From NCBI GenBank assembly GCA_963798845.1, contig CAWCUS010000004.1, forward strand, positions 96,001 through 160,000: a DNA stretch of 64,000 bases, written 5' to 3'. The notes under the pieces were generated by a model that was not told the DNA's origin, made no database searches, and was given only the letters and a program-made list of their open reading frames with translations. Origin of the DNA: an uncultured Gemmatimonadales bacterium (GTDB lineage: Bacteria > Gemmatimonadota > Gemmatimonadetes > Longimicrobiales > RSA9). Shown here in pieces: positions 1 to 9,177 of this stretch; the stretch's first letter is position 1; each line of letters opens with the position of its first letter. Made by a program: the position numbers and the translations under genes.

Positions 1-136
1 CGGACTCGTGGGCCTCCTCCAGGAGGTACGGGATGAGTGAGCGGGGGGTCTGCGCGGCATCCCACGGGCAGTGGGCCCGGAGGAACCGGACCAGGTCCGT
101 GACGCGTTCGAGCGCGTCCGATTGCTTGGGTTTCAC
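1..136 (-). CDS. mazG: Nucleoside triphosphate pyrophosphohydrolase MazG, N-terminal part (runs off window edge)
   Basis: Not in the ORF track. Manual translation from GTG 136 gives VKPKQSDALERVTDLVRFLRAHCPWDAAQTPRSLIPYLLEEAHES, matching the MazG CPWDxxQTxxSLxPYLLEE motif. Confidence 0.9.
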   Translation of the reverse strand, partial: MKPKQSDALERVTDLVRFLRAHCPWDAAQTPRSLIPYLLEEAHES

Positions 137-150
137 GGCGCGCCTATACT
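122..150 (+). promoter_or_regulatory. sigma70-type promoter for alr operon
   Basis: TTGCTT (122-127), 17 bp spacer, TATACT (145-150). Confidence 0.6.
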
Positions 151-168
151 ATTCGTTCTTTGCGTATT

Positions 169-1323
169 ATGGCAATCGGTGATGCGCGCGCATGGATCGA
201 GGTGGATCTCGACGCCGTGCGCGCGAACTACGATACGATCCGGCGGTCGGTGGGGTACGGCACGGCCGTGATCCCGATGGTGAAGGCGGACGCGTACGGG
301 CTCGGCGCGAAGGCGGTGGTGCGGACGCTGGAGCCGCGTGACCCGTGGGGGTTCGGCGTGGCCACCGCGGCGGAAGGCGAGGCGCTGCGATCCTACGGCG
401 TCAGGCGCCCGATCCTGGTGGTGGGGCCGCTGCCGCCGAAGGCGGCGGACACCGCCGCCGCCGGCCGGCTGACGGCGTCCATCTCGTCGCTGGACGGGCT
501 GGAAGCCTGGGCCGCCGCGGCGGAGCGGGCGGGGGGCGAGGCGCTGGACTTCCACGTCGAGGTGGACACGGGGATGGGCCGGAGCGGGTTCGACTGGCGC
601 CGGGTCGGGGAGTGGGCGCCTGCTGTGGCCGCACGGTCGGGGCGCGCGCTCAGGTGGACGGGGTGCTTCACCCATTTCCACAGTGCGGACGCGCCGAACC
701 CGCGTCCCACTGCCGTTCAGTGGGAACGTTTTCGTGGGGCGCTCGTAGAACTCCCGATCCCCGCGTCGGAGCTTCTGGTGCACGCGGCGAACAGCGCGGC
801 GGCGCTGCGCTGGTCGGAATACGCAGCGGATGCCGTGCGGCCGGGGATCTTCCTGTACGGAGGGCATCCGGCGCCGCGGGTGGCCGAGGTGCCCGCGCCG
901 CAACCGGTGGCGGCGGTTCGCGCCCGGCTGACGCTGGTGCGCGATGTGCCGCCGGGGAGCACGGTGGGGTACAGGGCGACGCACACGGCCAGGACCCCGG
1001 AGCGCTGGGGCACGCTGGGGATCGGCTATGGGGACGGTCTGCCCCGGTCACTGGGGAACCGGGGGACCGCGCTGATACGCGGCTGTCCGGTGCCGGTGAT
1101 CGGACGGGTGAGCATGGATCTCACCACCGTGCGGCTCGACGCAGTGCCGGAGGCGGTGGTGGGGGACGTGGCCACGCTGATCGGGCAGGACGGCGGTGCG
1201 AGGATCACCGTGGATGAGGTGGCGGTGCTGGCGGGCACGATCGGGTACGAGGTCCTGACGGGACTGGGAACACGGTTGCCGCGGGTCGAACGCAGTCATG
1301 AGACGGAGCTCGAGAGAGGATAG
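169..1323 (+). CDS. alr: Alanine racemase
   Basis: VKADAYG PLP-lysine motif, DTGMGR, RPGIFLYG, IGYGDG, GRVSMD. ATG 169 preferred over TTG 160. Confidence 0.96.
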   Translation: MAIGDARAWIEVDLDAVRANYDTIRRSVGYGTAVIPMVKADAYGLGAKAVVRTLEPRDPWGFGVATAAEGEALRSYGVRRPILVVGPLPPKAADTAAAGRLTASISSLDGLEAWAAAAERAGGEALDFHVEVDTGMGRSGFDWRRVGEWAPAVAARSGRALRWTGCFTHFHSADAPNPRPTAVQWERFRGALVELPIPASELLVHAANSAAALRWSEYAADAVRPGIFLYGGHPAPRVAEVPAPQPVAAVRARLTLVRDVPPGSTVGYRATHTARTPERWGTLGIGYGDGLPRSLGNRGTALIRGCPVPVIGRVSMDLTTVRLDAVPEAVVGDVATLIGQDGGARITVDEVAVLAGTIGYEVLTGLGTRLPRVERSHETELERG

Positions 1324-2613
1324 ATGCGGCGGATAGCCATTATGGCGCTGGGCGTCGCTGCGGTCGTGACCGCGGCGAGCTGTGCCGACGAGGACCCGAC
1401 CACGGTAGGGGGCGGGCTGGTCGGCAATCACGCGCAGACGTTCGATCTGGTGCTGGATCCGGCGGAGTTTCTGGTCTCGGACACCACGTACGACAGCCTG
1501 GGGTCGCTCAACGAGGCGAGCTTTCGTATGGCGGCCCACGAGTTCGCGGGGTCTCTGGAAGCGCACACGCTCTTCCTTGTGCGTCGGCCGCGGTCGATCA
1601 GCTACACCGACGCCTCGAACGTCACGCACACGGACACGCTGCCGGCTCTGGGAGGCGCCAAGCTCACGGTCGTCATGGACACGATCGCCTCCACGGCAGG
1701 GCCGGTGGACCTCCAGGTCGTGCAGCTGACGGAATCGTGGGACCCGAGCTCGGTGTCGTGGGGCCTCCGCTACGACACGGCATCCGTGTCGCAGCCGTGG
1801 GCGACCCCGGGCGGAACGACGGGCGACGTGCTGGCCGACACCACCTGGGAGTCCGGGGACACGCTCGTCATCCAGCTCGACTCGGCGGCCGCCCAGGCGT
1901 GGTCCGACACGACGGCGGATGGCCTGGGCGGGATGCTCCGCTCGACGACGCCGGGCGCGCGCGTCTTCATCCGCTCCATGACACTGACCTTCGACGTCCT
2001 GCCGACTCAGGGCGACACCGTGCTCAGTGGCGGCAACATCGCCGGGCAGGCCTTGGTCGCCGCGCCGGACGCGCCGCCGCCCGGGCCCGGCGAGCTGCGT
2101 CTGGGCGGCCTGCCCACGTGGCGCTCCCTTCTCCGCTTCCTCCCGATCGCCGACCTGCCCGTGCCGTGCTCGATCACGAGCACGACGTGCACGGTCCCGC
2201 TCTCGGAGGTGAAGATCAACGCCGCCGTGCTGCAGCTGCAGCCGATTCCCGTGGGTGCGCGGCTCCTGGAGCGGCCGATCCTGGCGCAGGGGAGCGCGGT
2301 GCTCGGGGCGCCCGGGGTGCCGATCACGCGGTCTCCGCTGAGCGGCGCTCTGGGCATCACCCGCGACAGCCTGCGTGCCGATCTATTCGATGGCTCCTCT
2401 GCGTCGCCGCCGCGGGTGACGGTGCCCGTGACCACGTTCGTCCAGAACCTGGCGAACGCGACCTCCGACAGCACCGCGGTTCCGTGGCTCGCGCTCACGC
2501 AGTTCGGCGAGGGCTCGAGTTTCGGATACGCGGCGTTCGCAGCCATCGCGAGCGGGAACGGGCCCCGACTCCGGCTGATCGTGACCGTGCCCGAGTCGAA
2601 GGTGGCGCCATGA
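1324..2613 (+). CDS. Hypothetical lipoprotein
   Basis: Signal peptide with lipobox AASC. The segment LTESWDPSSVSW...PWATPGG resembles DNRLRE/CBM96-like domains. Confidence 0.7.
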   Translation: MRRIAIMALGVAAVVTAASCADEDPTTVGGGLVGNHAQTFDLVLDPAEFLVSDTTYDSLGSLNEASFRMAAHEFAGSLEAHTLFLVRRPRSISYTDASNVTHTDTLPALGGAKLTVVMDTIASTAGPVDLQVVQLTESWDPSSVSWGLRYDTASVSQPWATPGGTTGDVLADTTWESGDTLVIQLDSAAAQAWSDTTADGLGGMLRSTTPGARVFIRSMTLTFDVLPTQGDTVLSGGNIAGQALVAAPDAPPPGPGELRLGGLPTWRSLLRFLPIADLPVPCSITSTTCTVPLSEVKINAAVLQLQPIPVGARLLERPILAQGSAVLGAPGVPITRSPLSGALGITRDSLRADLFDGSSASPPRVTVPVTTFVQNLANATSDSTAVPWLALTQFGEGSSFGYAAFAAIASGNGPRLRLIVTVPESKVAP

Positions 2614-3818
2614 GGGTCGCACGCTGGACCACCGCCGCTGCGGCGGTGATCGTGTCGCTGAACCAGGCCGTCCCGGCGTCCGCGCAGTCGCTGACTTCCA
2701 TTCGCGGTCTGGGATACCCCCTGGTCCCGGCGGACGCTCGGGCGGAGATCCTGGGAGGTCTGGGGATCGGGCTTCAGGGCTTTGCCGCCAGCATGGTGGA
2801 CCCGGCGGCCGCTGCGGGCGTCGGCCGCAAGGGCGGCGTCGTCATGTTCGACGTGACTCAACGAAGGGTGAGCACGGGCAATGCGGGGGAAACCGTCGGT
2901 GCCACGCGTTTCCCGCTGCTTCGCCTGGTCTACCCCGCGGGCGGGATGGTCTTCACCGCCGGCTACGGCGGGTACCTGGACCAGAGCTGGGGCGTGGTCT
3001 CGGAAGGGAGCGCGACGCTCGGCAGCGAGACGGCGACCTACCGTGACAGGCTGGTGTCGCAGGGCGGCGTGAGCACGCTCCAGGTCGGTGCCGCGGTGCC
3101 CATCGGGCCGCGCTTCGCCGTAGGCGCCGCGCTGGGTGTCCACACGGGCAACCAGAGCGTGGACTACCGCCGACTTTTCGACACCACGTCCGTCGCGACC
3201 CTGCAGCCGTACCTGGAGAATTCGAGCTGGCGGTTCCGCGGCACCACGGCGCAGCTCGGCATCCGGTGGGATCCCATGAGCGTGCTCCGCGTCGCGGCCA
3301 GCGTGACGTGGTCCGGCCCTCTCTCGGCGGACTCCCTGAGCGGCCCGGTGGCCAGCCGGGAGGTAGACCTCCCTCTCCAGGTGGCCATGGGCGCCAGCGG
3401 CTACCTGGCTCCAGGCGTCCTCGCGGCCGTATCCGGGCGCTGGAGCGGGTGGAGCAGCGCCGGTACCACCATCTATGCGCCGGCGGGTGGCCCCGAGCTG
3501 GGAGCGCGCGACACCTGGGAGCTGGGTGGCGGGCTGGAATGGGCCAGGCCCGATCCCCGGGCGACGCGCACCTTCCCGCTCCGCCTCGGCTTCAGCTATC
3601 GTCAGCTGCCGTTCACGTTCGTCAGCGATGCGCCGAGCGAGTGGTTCGTTGGCGGCGGACTCGGGATGCGTGTTGGCCCGGACCCGACGAACCCCGTCGC
3701 GTCGCTCGACTTCACCGTGGAGCGAGGCTCGCGAAGCGCTGCGGGAGACGCCACGGTGGGTGCCCTGTCGGAGAAGATGTGGCGCGTGGGCGTCTCGATC
3801 GCACTCTTCGGAACCTGA
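2610..3818 (+). CDS. Outer-membrane beta-barrel protein (FadL/OmpP1-like)
   Basis: ATG 2610 overlaps the upstream stop (ATGA). Signal peptide ends ASA. It has GLG..., a DPAA motif, amphipathic beta-strands and a near-terminal F. Confidence 0.7.
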   Translation: MRVARWTTAAAAVIVSLNQAVPASAQSLTSIRGLGYPLVPADARAEILGGLGIGLQGFAASMVDPAAAAGVGRKGGVVMFDVTQRRVSTGNAGETVGATRFPLLRLVYPAGGMVFTAGYGGYLDQSWGVVSEGSATLGSETATYRDRLVSQGGVSTLQVGAAVPIGPRFAVGAALGVHTGNQSVDYRRLFDTTSVATLQPYLENSSWRFRGTTAQLGIRWDPMSVLRVAASVTWSGPLSADSLSGPVASREVDLPLQVAMGASGYLAPGVLAAVSGRWSGWSSAGTTIYAPAGGPELGARDTWELGGGLEWARPDPRATRTFPLRLGFSYRQLPFTFVSDAPSEWFVGGGLGMRVGPDPTNPVASLDFTVERGSRSAAGDATVGALSEKMWRVGVSIALFGT

Positions 3819-3829
3819 CGCAATCCGCC

Positions 3830-5284
3830 ATGGCATTGCCCCACCCCCGGCCGCACCGTTCCCGCAAGGCGTACGTGGAGACCTACGGCTGCCAGATGAA
3901 CATCAGCGATGGCGAGCTGATGGAGGGCATTCTGGCGTCGAACGGTTTCGAGGTGGCCGCCCGGCCGGAGGACGCGGACGTCATCCTGGTCAATACGTGC
4001 GCGATTCGAGAGCACGCCGAGCAGCGCGTGCTGGGGCGAGTGGGGGAGCTGAAAAGGCTGAAGCTGGCCAATCCGGACGTCATCATCGGGGTGACCGGCT
4101 GCATGGCCCAGCGGCTGGGCGAGCGGCTCCTGGAGCAGGCTCCGTACGTGGACCTGGTCATGGGACCGGACGGGTACCGGAGCCTCCCCGACGCGCTCGC
4201 CCGGGTCCGGCCCCAGCTCGCCGAGGGACCGGTGGAACCCGCGCCCGGCGCCGCCCGTGGCCGCCGCGAGCTCCCGGTCCTGTCCACCGCAGCCGGTGCA
4301 TCGGGAGCACCGGACCGGCGGCTGGCATTGCTCGATTTCGCGGCGCACGAGAATTACGAGGGCCTCGAAGTCCGGCGCCGGGGGGGCGTCAGCGCGTGGG
4401 TGCCCGTCCAGCGCGGCTGCAACTACCGCTGTACGTACTGCATCGTGCCATACGTGCGGGGCGGGGAAAAGAACCGCGACCCGGAGCTCGTGCTGGACGA
4501 GGTGCGGGCGATCGCGGAACAGGGAGTCGCCGAAGTCACGCTTCTCGGACAGACGGTGAACTCCTACGTCCACGGCGATTGGGACTTCGCTCGCCTCGTC
4601 CAGGCCGTAGCACGGGTCGATGGCATTCGGCGGGTGCGCTTCACTTCGCCGCACCCGAACGACGTCACCCCCGCGCTCATCAGCGCCATGGCCGACGAGC
4701 CGGCTGTTTGCCGTCAGCTGCACCTTCCCGTGCAGTCGGGGAGCGACCGGATCCTGAAGCGGATGGTGCGGCGCTACACGGTGGAGCGGTACCTGGAGAT
4801 CGTGGCCTCGCTGCGTGAGACGATCCCGGACATCGCGCTGTCCACCGACGTGATCGTGGCCTTCCCCGGCGAGACGGAGCCGGAGTACGAGGCCACGCTG
4901 GACCTGATGCGGACCGTTCGCTTCGATGACGCGTTCCTCTACCGGTATTCCCCACGCGAGGGGACGCCCGCCACGCGGCTGCCAGCGGAGGACTTCCTCC
5001 CGGACGCCGTCGGGCAGGCGCGGCTCGAGCACCTCATCCAGGTGCAGCGTGAGATCCAGGCGGAGATCAACCGCTCCGAGGTGGGGCGGGTGGAAGAGGT
5101 GCTCGTCGAGCGCGCTGCCCGGAGCCAGGGCGACGTGCTCGGGCGCACGGAGCGCAACAAGGTGGTGGCCTTCCCCGGCCCCACCGACCTCGTCGGCCGC
5201 TTCGTGCGCGTGCGGCTGGACGACACCACCGGCGCCACGTTCATGGGCACCCGCATACCCGAGGACGCAGCGCGCGTGGCCTGA
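3830..5284 (+). CDS. miaB: tRNA-2-methylthio-N6-dimethylallyladenosine synthase
   Basis: TYGCQMN, NTCAIRE, CNYRCTYC radical-SAM motif, RFTSPHP, HLPVQSG, C-terminal TRAM domain. Confidence 0.96.
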   Translation: MALPHPRPHRSRKAYVETYGCQMNISDGELMEGILASNGFEVAARPEDADVILVNTCAIREHAEQRVLGRVGELKRLKLANPDVIIGVTGCMAQRLGERLLEQAPYVDLVMGPDGYRSLPDALARVRPQLAEGPVEPAPGAARGRRELPVLSTAAGASGAPDRRLALLDFAAHENYEGLEVRRRGGVSAWVPVQRGCNYRCTYCIVPYVRGGEKNRDPELVLDEVRAIAEQGVAEVTLLGQTVNSYVHGDWDFARLVQAVARVDGIRRVRFTSPHPNDVTPALISAMADEPAVCRQLHLPVQSGSDRILKRMVRRYTVERYLEIVASLRETIPDIALSTDVIVAFPGETEPEYEATLDLMRTVRFDDAFLYRYSPREGTPATRLPAEDFLPDAVGQARLEHLIQVQREIQAEINRSEVGRVEEVLVERAARSQGDVLGRTERNKVVAFPGPTDLVGRFVRVRLDDTTGATFMGTRIPEDAARVA

Positions 5285-5321
5285 CCTCCGACGCGGCCAG
5301 CCGCGATGGGAGGGGGACTGA

Positions 5322-7679
5322 GTGCCCCGGGCCCCGCTGGTTCCCGGAACCCTCCTCTTCGGCGCCGGCGTCGCGCTTTCCCTGATCCGGCCCGCGCCCG
5401 CCTGGGTCGGGCCGCTCCTCTTTCCCCTCCTGCTCGCGGCAGTGGTCGGCTCCGCCCTCGCCACTTCGGGAAGGCTGCGCCTCCGTCCTTCGCTCCTTCT
5501 CGGTCTTCTTCTCCTTGCCGGTGCGACGACGGGGACCGCCACGCTCACCCGTGCGCGCCGCTCGTGCGCCACCGACCTGCCGACGGACGTGCGGCTCCTC
5601 GTCCACGGGACCGTGATGCAGGGGGGCGCCGAGCCCCGTGTCCGGATCGGTCGGGTGGAAGCGCCGGCGGGGCCGAGGCGGTGCGACATGGAAGCGGGGA
5701 CGCGCTGGAGGGAGGCGCGCGGCGGCTCGCCAATGACCACCGGCTCGGGGTTCGGCGCCGTCGTCCACATCTGGCGCGCTCCGGGGGCGGGGGTGATTCC
5801 GCGTCCCCCGCTCCTCCTCGTGGACAGCGCGTGGTCCGAGGCCGCGGCCGGGGAGCCGGGCTGGTGGATCCTGGCCGCGGGCCGCGCCAGGGAACGCGCG
5901 AGGCAACGCGTCGATGCGCTCTATCCGAAGCGCGGCGGTCTCGTCGCTTCTCTCCTCCTCGCCCAGCGAGACGGCGTGGAAGCGGAGGTCCGGGAGCGTT
6001 ACGCCCGCGCCGGCCTCAGCCACCTGCTCGCCATCTCGGGGCTGCATGTCGGCCTGGTCTCGGGCGTGCTCCTGCTCCTGGCCGGGGTCGCGCGGATGCC
6101 GCGCCGGAGCGCCGCTGTGGCCGCAGCCGTGGGGACGGTGGGATACGTGGCGTTCCTCGGCGCGCCGCACGCCGCCACGCGCGCCGCGGTTCAGATCGTC
6201 CTCCTGCTGGCCGGGCGGGCGCTCCAGCGCCCGGCACAGGCCGCGTCGCTCATGGCGGCGGCCGCACTCGTCATCCTGGCGTGCGATCCCGCCGCGGTGA
6301 TCTCTCCGGGGTTCCAGCTCTCTTTCGCCGGGGTGGCCGGGATCCTCGCCCTGCGACGCCCGCTGCTCCGTCACCTCCGCTCCGCCATCTCCCGGGCGAG
6401 CGGGCGAGCGGCCGGGGGCGGGAGCAGAGCGTCCACGGCCGTGCGGTGGATCACGGACGGCGTGGCCACCAGCCTGGCCGCCACACTCGCCACCGCGCCG
6501 ATCGCTGCGTGGCACTTCGGGCGTGTGGCCCCCGTCGGCGTGTTCGCGAACCTGGCCGCGATCCCGCTCATGGGCGCCATCATCCCGGCGCTCGCCCTCT
6601 CACTCCTGCTCTCGCTGGTTTCTCAGCCCGCGGGCGCGTTCGTGGCCGGCGCCGGGAACGCTCTACTGTGGGCGCTGGATCGTATCGCCGGCGCCGCCGC
6701 CGGCGTCCCGTGGGGCGCGTTCGCCGTGAGCGGGCCCGCCGTTCTGGTACTGGCCCTGGCACTGCTCGCCGGCTTCGCCGTAGCGCGGAGGCTCGGACGG
6801 CTGCGGCCGAGCGTGCGCGGTACTTCCTGGGTGGCCGTCAGCGCCGCAGTCGTGCTGCTCGCCCCCGTCCGCCCTGGCAGTGGGCGGCTGGAGCTGCACA
6901 TGATCGACGTGGGGCAGGGCGACGCCCTCGCGCTGCGCACGCCCGCGGGCCAATGGCTCCTCGTCGACGCAGGTCCGTCTTCCGCCCGCTACGACGCCGG
7001 CGAGCGCGTGGTCGTGCCCTACCTCCGCCGCCATGGCGCCCGCCGCCTCGAAGCGCTGGTGCTCACTCACCCCGACGCCGACCACACCGGCGGGTCGGCC
7101 GCCGTGGTGCGCGCGCTGCACCCTCGCTGGGTGGGAGACCCGGGAGTGCCGGCGGGGAAGGGGCTGTACCTGGACGTTCTCAGGGCCACCGCCCGTACCG
7201 GCGTGCCCTGGATCGGGCTGTCCCGCGGCGCGGTGATCGATGTGGACGGCGTCCACATCGACGTGGTCCACCCCGTCCGCGCGGGCCTGCCCGTGGAGGA
7301 CGCCAACGAGGCGAGCGTCGTCATTCGCGTCTCGTACGGCGCGTTTTCCGCCCTCCTCACAGGGGACGCCCCCACGGATGTGGAGGACGAGATCGTCGAG
7401 CATTACGGCAGCGGGCTCCGCTCCACGGTGCTCAAGGTCGGCCACCACGGCAGCGCCACTGCGACCGGCGACGGAATCCTCGCCGCCACCCGTCCACGAC
7501 TCGCCCTCCTTTCCGTCGGCCGACACAACCACTTCGGGCATCCCGCCCCTTCCGTGGTCCGTTCACTCCAGCAGCACGGTATTCGCATCCTGAGATCCGA
7601 TGACGACGGGTCCGTGGTGGTGTCCGTCGATCGGAACGACCAACTCGAGGTGCGCCGCGAACGAGGGACGGCACCGTGA
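5322..7679 (+). CDS. comEC: DNA internalization competence protein ComEC/Rec2
   Basis: GLSHLLAISGLHVG, GFQLSF, DVGQGD, THPDADH (MBL fold), KVGHHGS. Confidence 0.93.
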   Translation: MPRAPLVPGTLLFGAGVALSLIRPAPAWVGPLLFPLLLAAVVGSALATSGRLRLRPSLLLGLLLLAGATTGTATLTRARRSCATDLPTDVRLLVHGTVMQGGAEPRVRIGRVEAPAGPRRCDMEAGTRWREARGGSPMTTGSGFGAVVHIWRAPGAGVIPRPPLLLVDSAWSEAAAGEPGWWILAAGRARERARQRVDALYPKRGGLVASLLLAQRDGVEAEVRERYARAGLSHLLAISGLHVGLVSGVLLLLAGVARMPRRSAAVAAAVGTVGYVAFLGAPHAATRAAVQIVLLLAGRALQRPAQAASLMAAAALVILACDPAAVISPGFQLSFAGVAGILALRRPLLRHLRSAISRASGRAAGGGSRASTAVRWITDGVATSLAATLATAPIAAWHFGRVAPVGVFANLAAIPLMGAIIPALALSLLLSLVSQPAGAFVAGAGNALLWALDRIAGAAAGVPWGAFAVSGPAVLVLALALLAGFAVARRLGRLRPSVRGTSWVAVSAAVVLLAPVRPGSGRLELHMIDVGQGDALALRTPAGQWLLVDAGPSSARYDAGERVVVPYLRRHGARRLEALVLTHPDADHTGGSAAVVRALHPRWVGDPGVPAGKGLYLDVLRATARTGVPWIGLSRGAVIDVDGVHIDVVHPVRAGLPVEDANEASVVIRVSYGAFSALLTGDAPTDVEDEIVEHYGSGLRSTVLKVGHHGSATATGDGILAATRPRLALLSVGRHNHFGHPAPSVVRSLQQHGIRILRSDDDGSVVVSVDRNDQLEVRRERGTAP

Positions 7680-8050
7680 TCAGCATCCTGGACGCCCTGG
7701 CGCGGCTGATGGCCCCCGAAGCCGTGACCGTGGACATGACCCTCCCGGCAGGCGCTTCCGTCCGACGGTCTCGAGCGCTTCCCACCCTGGGGGGTCGCCT
7801 CGCCGGGATGAGCGGCCCGGCTTCCGCCGTGACGCTCGGCCGGACCATCGTCCTGCATCCCGGCGTCGCGCCGACGCCACAGCTGTTGCGGCACGAGCTC
7901 GTCCACGTGGCCCAGTGGATGCGGGAACCGATGGTCTTTCCATTCCGTTACATCAACGCCCATATTCGTCACGGATACCACGCCAATCCCTTCGAGCTCG
8001 AGGCCCGGGCTGCGGAGAACGGGTCCGGCACAACCGGAGAGACCGCATGA
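7676..8050 (+). CDS. DUF4157 (eCIS-core-like) putative metallopeptidase domain protein
   Basis: AVTLGRTIV, LLRHELVHVAQW (HExxH), NPFELEAR. Overlaps the comEC stop and the fbp start. Confidence 0.75.
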   Translation: MISILDALARLMAPEAVTVDMTLPAGASVRRSRALPTLGGRLAGMSGPASAVTLGRTIVLHPGVAPTPQLLRHELVHVAQWMREPMVFPFRYINAHIRHGYHANPFELEARAAENGSGTTGETA

Positions 8051-9072
8051 CGTCCCGATCGGTGGTCACCATCGAGCGCCACATCATCGACCAGGAACGA
8101 CGTCACCCGCAGGCGACGGGTGCCCTGAGCGACCTGCTGTACAACATCGCGCTGGCCGCGAAGATCATCGCGCGCGAAGTGAGTCAGGCCGGTCTGGTGG
8201 ACATCCTGGGTGCCACCAAGCAGACCAACGTCCACGGCGAGACGGTCCGGAAGCTGGACGAGTTCGCCGACGATGTCATCTTCAATGCGTTCGACCACAC
8301 CGGCCTTCTCTGCTGCATGGCGTCCGAGGAGCACGAGGAGATCCTGGAGGTCCCGGACCGTTTCCCCACGGGGAAGTACACGCTGCTCTACGACCCGCTG
8401 GACGGGTCGTCGAACATCGACGCCAACGTGTCGATCGGGACCATCTTCTCGGTGCACCGGAAGATTTCGGAGGACCCGCGCGGTTGCGAGGAAGACTGCC
8501 TGCAGCGCGGCCGGGACCAGATCGCCTCGGGCTACATCGTATACGGCTCCTCGACGATGCTGGTATACACCACCGGGGCCGGCGTCCACGGGTTCACTCT
8601 TGACCCTTCAATCGGCGAGTTCCTGCTGAGCCACCCGGACATCCAGATCCCGCGGCCCCCGCAGCGCATCTACAGCATCAATGAGGCGTACTACGGCCGC
8701 TGGTCCGAGCCGCAGCGGCGGCTGATCGATCACCTGAAGGGGCTGGACGGCGACAACGCGAAGCGGTGGTCGTCGCGCTATATCGGATCCATGGTGGCGG
8801 ACCTGCACCGCACCCTCCTGTACGGCGGCCTGTTCATGTACCCGGCCGACACGCGGCACACGAACGGCAAGCTTCGGCTCCTCTACGAGGCCTCGCCACT
8901 GGCGTGGATCTTCGAGCAGGCGGGCGGCCGCGCCACGGACGGGAACCGCTCGCTGCTCGACATCATGCCGACCAGCCTGCACCAGCGGACGCCGGTGTTC
9001 ATGGGCTCCGCGGAGCACGTGGACATGGCGCACGAGTTCCTGGGCGAGGACGCGCTGGCCACGAGCATCTGA
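8047..9072 (+). CDS. fbp: Class 1 fructose-1,6-bisphosphatase
   Basis: SEE, DPLDGSSNID, SIGTIFS, RYIGSMVAD, GKLRLLYE. Confidence 0.96.
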   Translation: MTSRSVVTIERHIIDQERRHPQATGALSDLLYNIALAAKIIAREVSQAGLVDILGATKQTNVHGETVRKLDEFADDVIFNAFDHTGLLCCMASEEHEEILEVPDRFPTGKYTLLYDPLDGSSNIDANVSIGTIFSVHRKISEDPRGCEEDCLQRGRDQIASGYIVYGSSTMLVYTTGAGVHGFTLDPSIGEFLLSHPDIQIPRPPQRIYSINEAYYGRWSEPQRRLIDHLKGLDGDNAKRWSSRYIGSMVADLHRTLLYGGLFMYPADTRHTNGKLRLLYEASPLAWIFEQAGGRATDGNRSLLDIMPTSLHQRTPVFMGSAEHVDMAHEFLGEDALATSI

Positions 9073-9117
9073 CGGGTCTCGCGGCCTCGCGGCCGGGAGT
9101 CGCGATCCGCCCGACTG

Positions 9118-9156
9118 GAAGAAGGCCCCGCCGGCAGCGCCGGCGGGGCCTTCTTC
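9118..9156. terminator. Bidirectional hairpin between convergent fbp and TBDR
   Basis: Perfect 18-bp inverted repeat GAAGAAGGCCCCGCCGGC-agc-GCCGGCGGGGCCTTCTTC. Confidence 0.8.
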
Positions 9157-9177
9157 ACTGCGGTTCCCGGGATGGGA

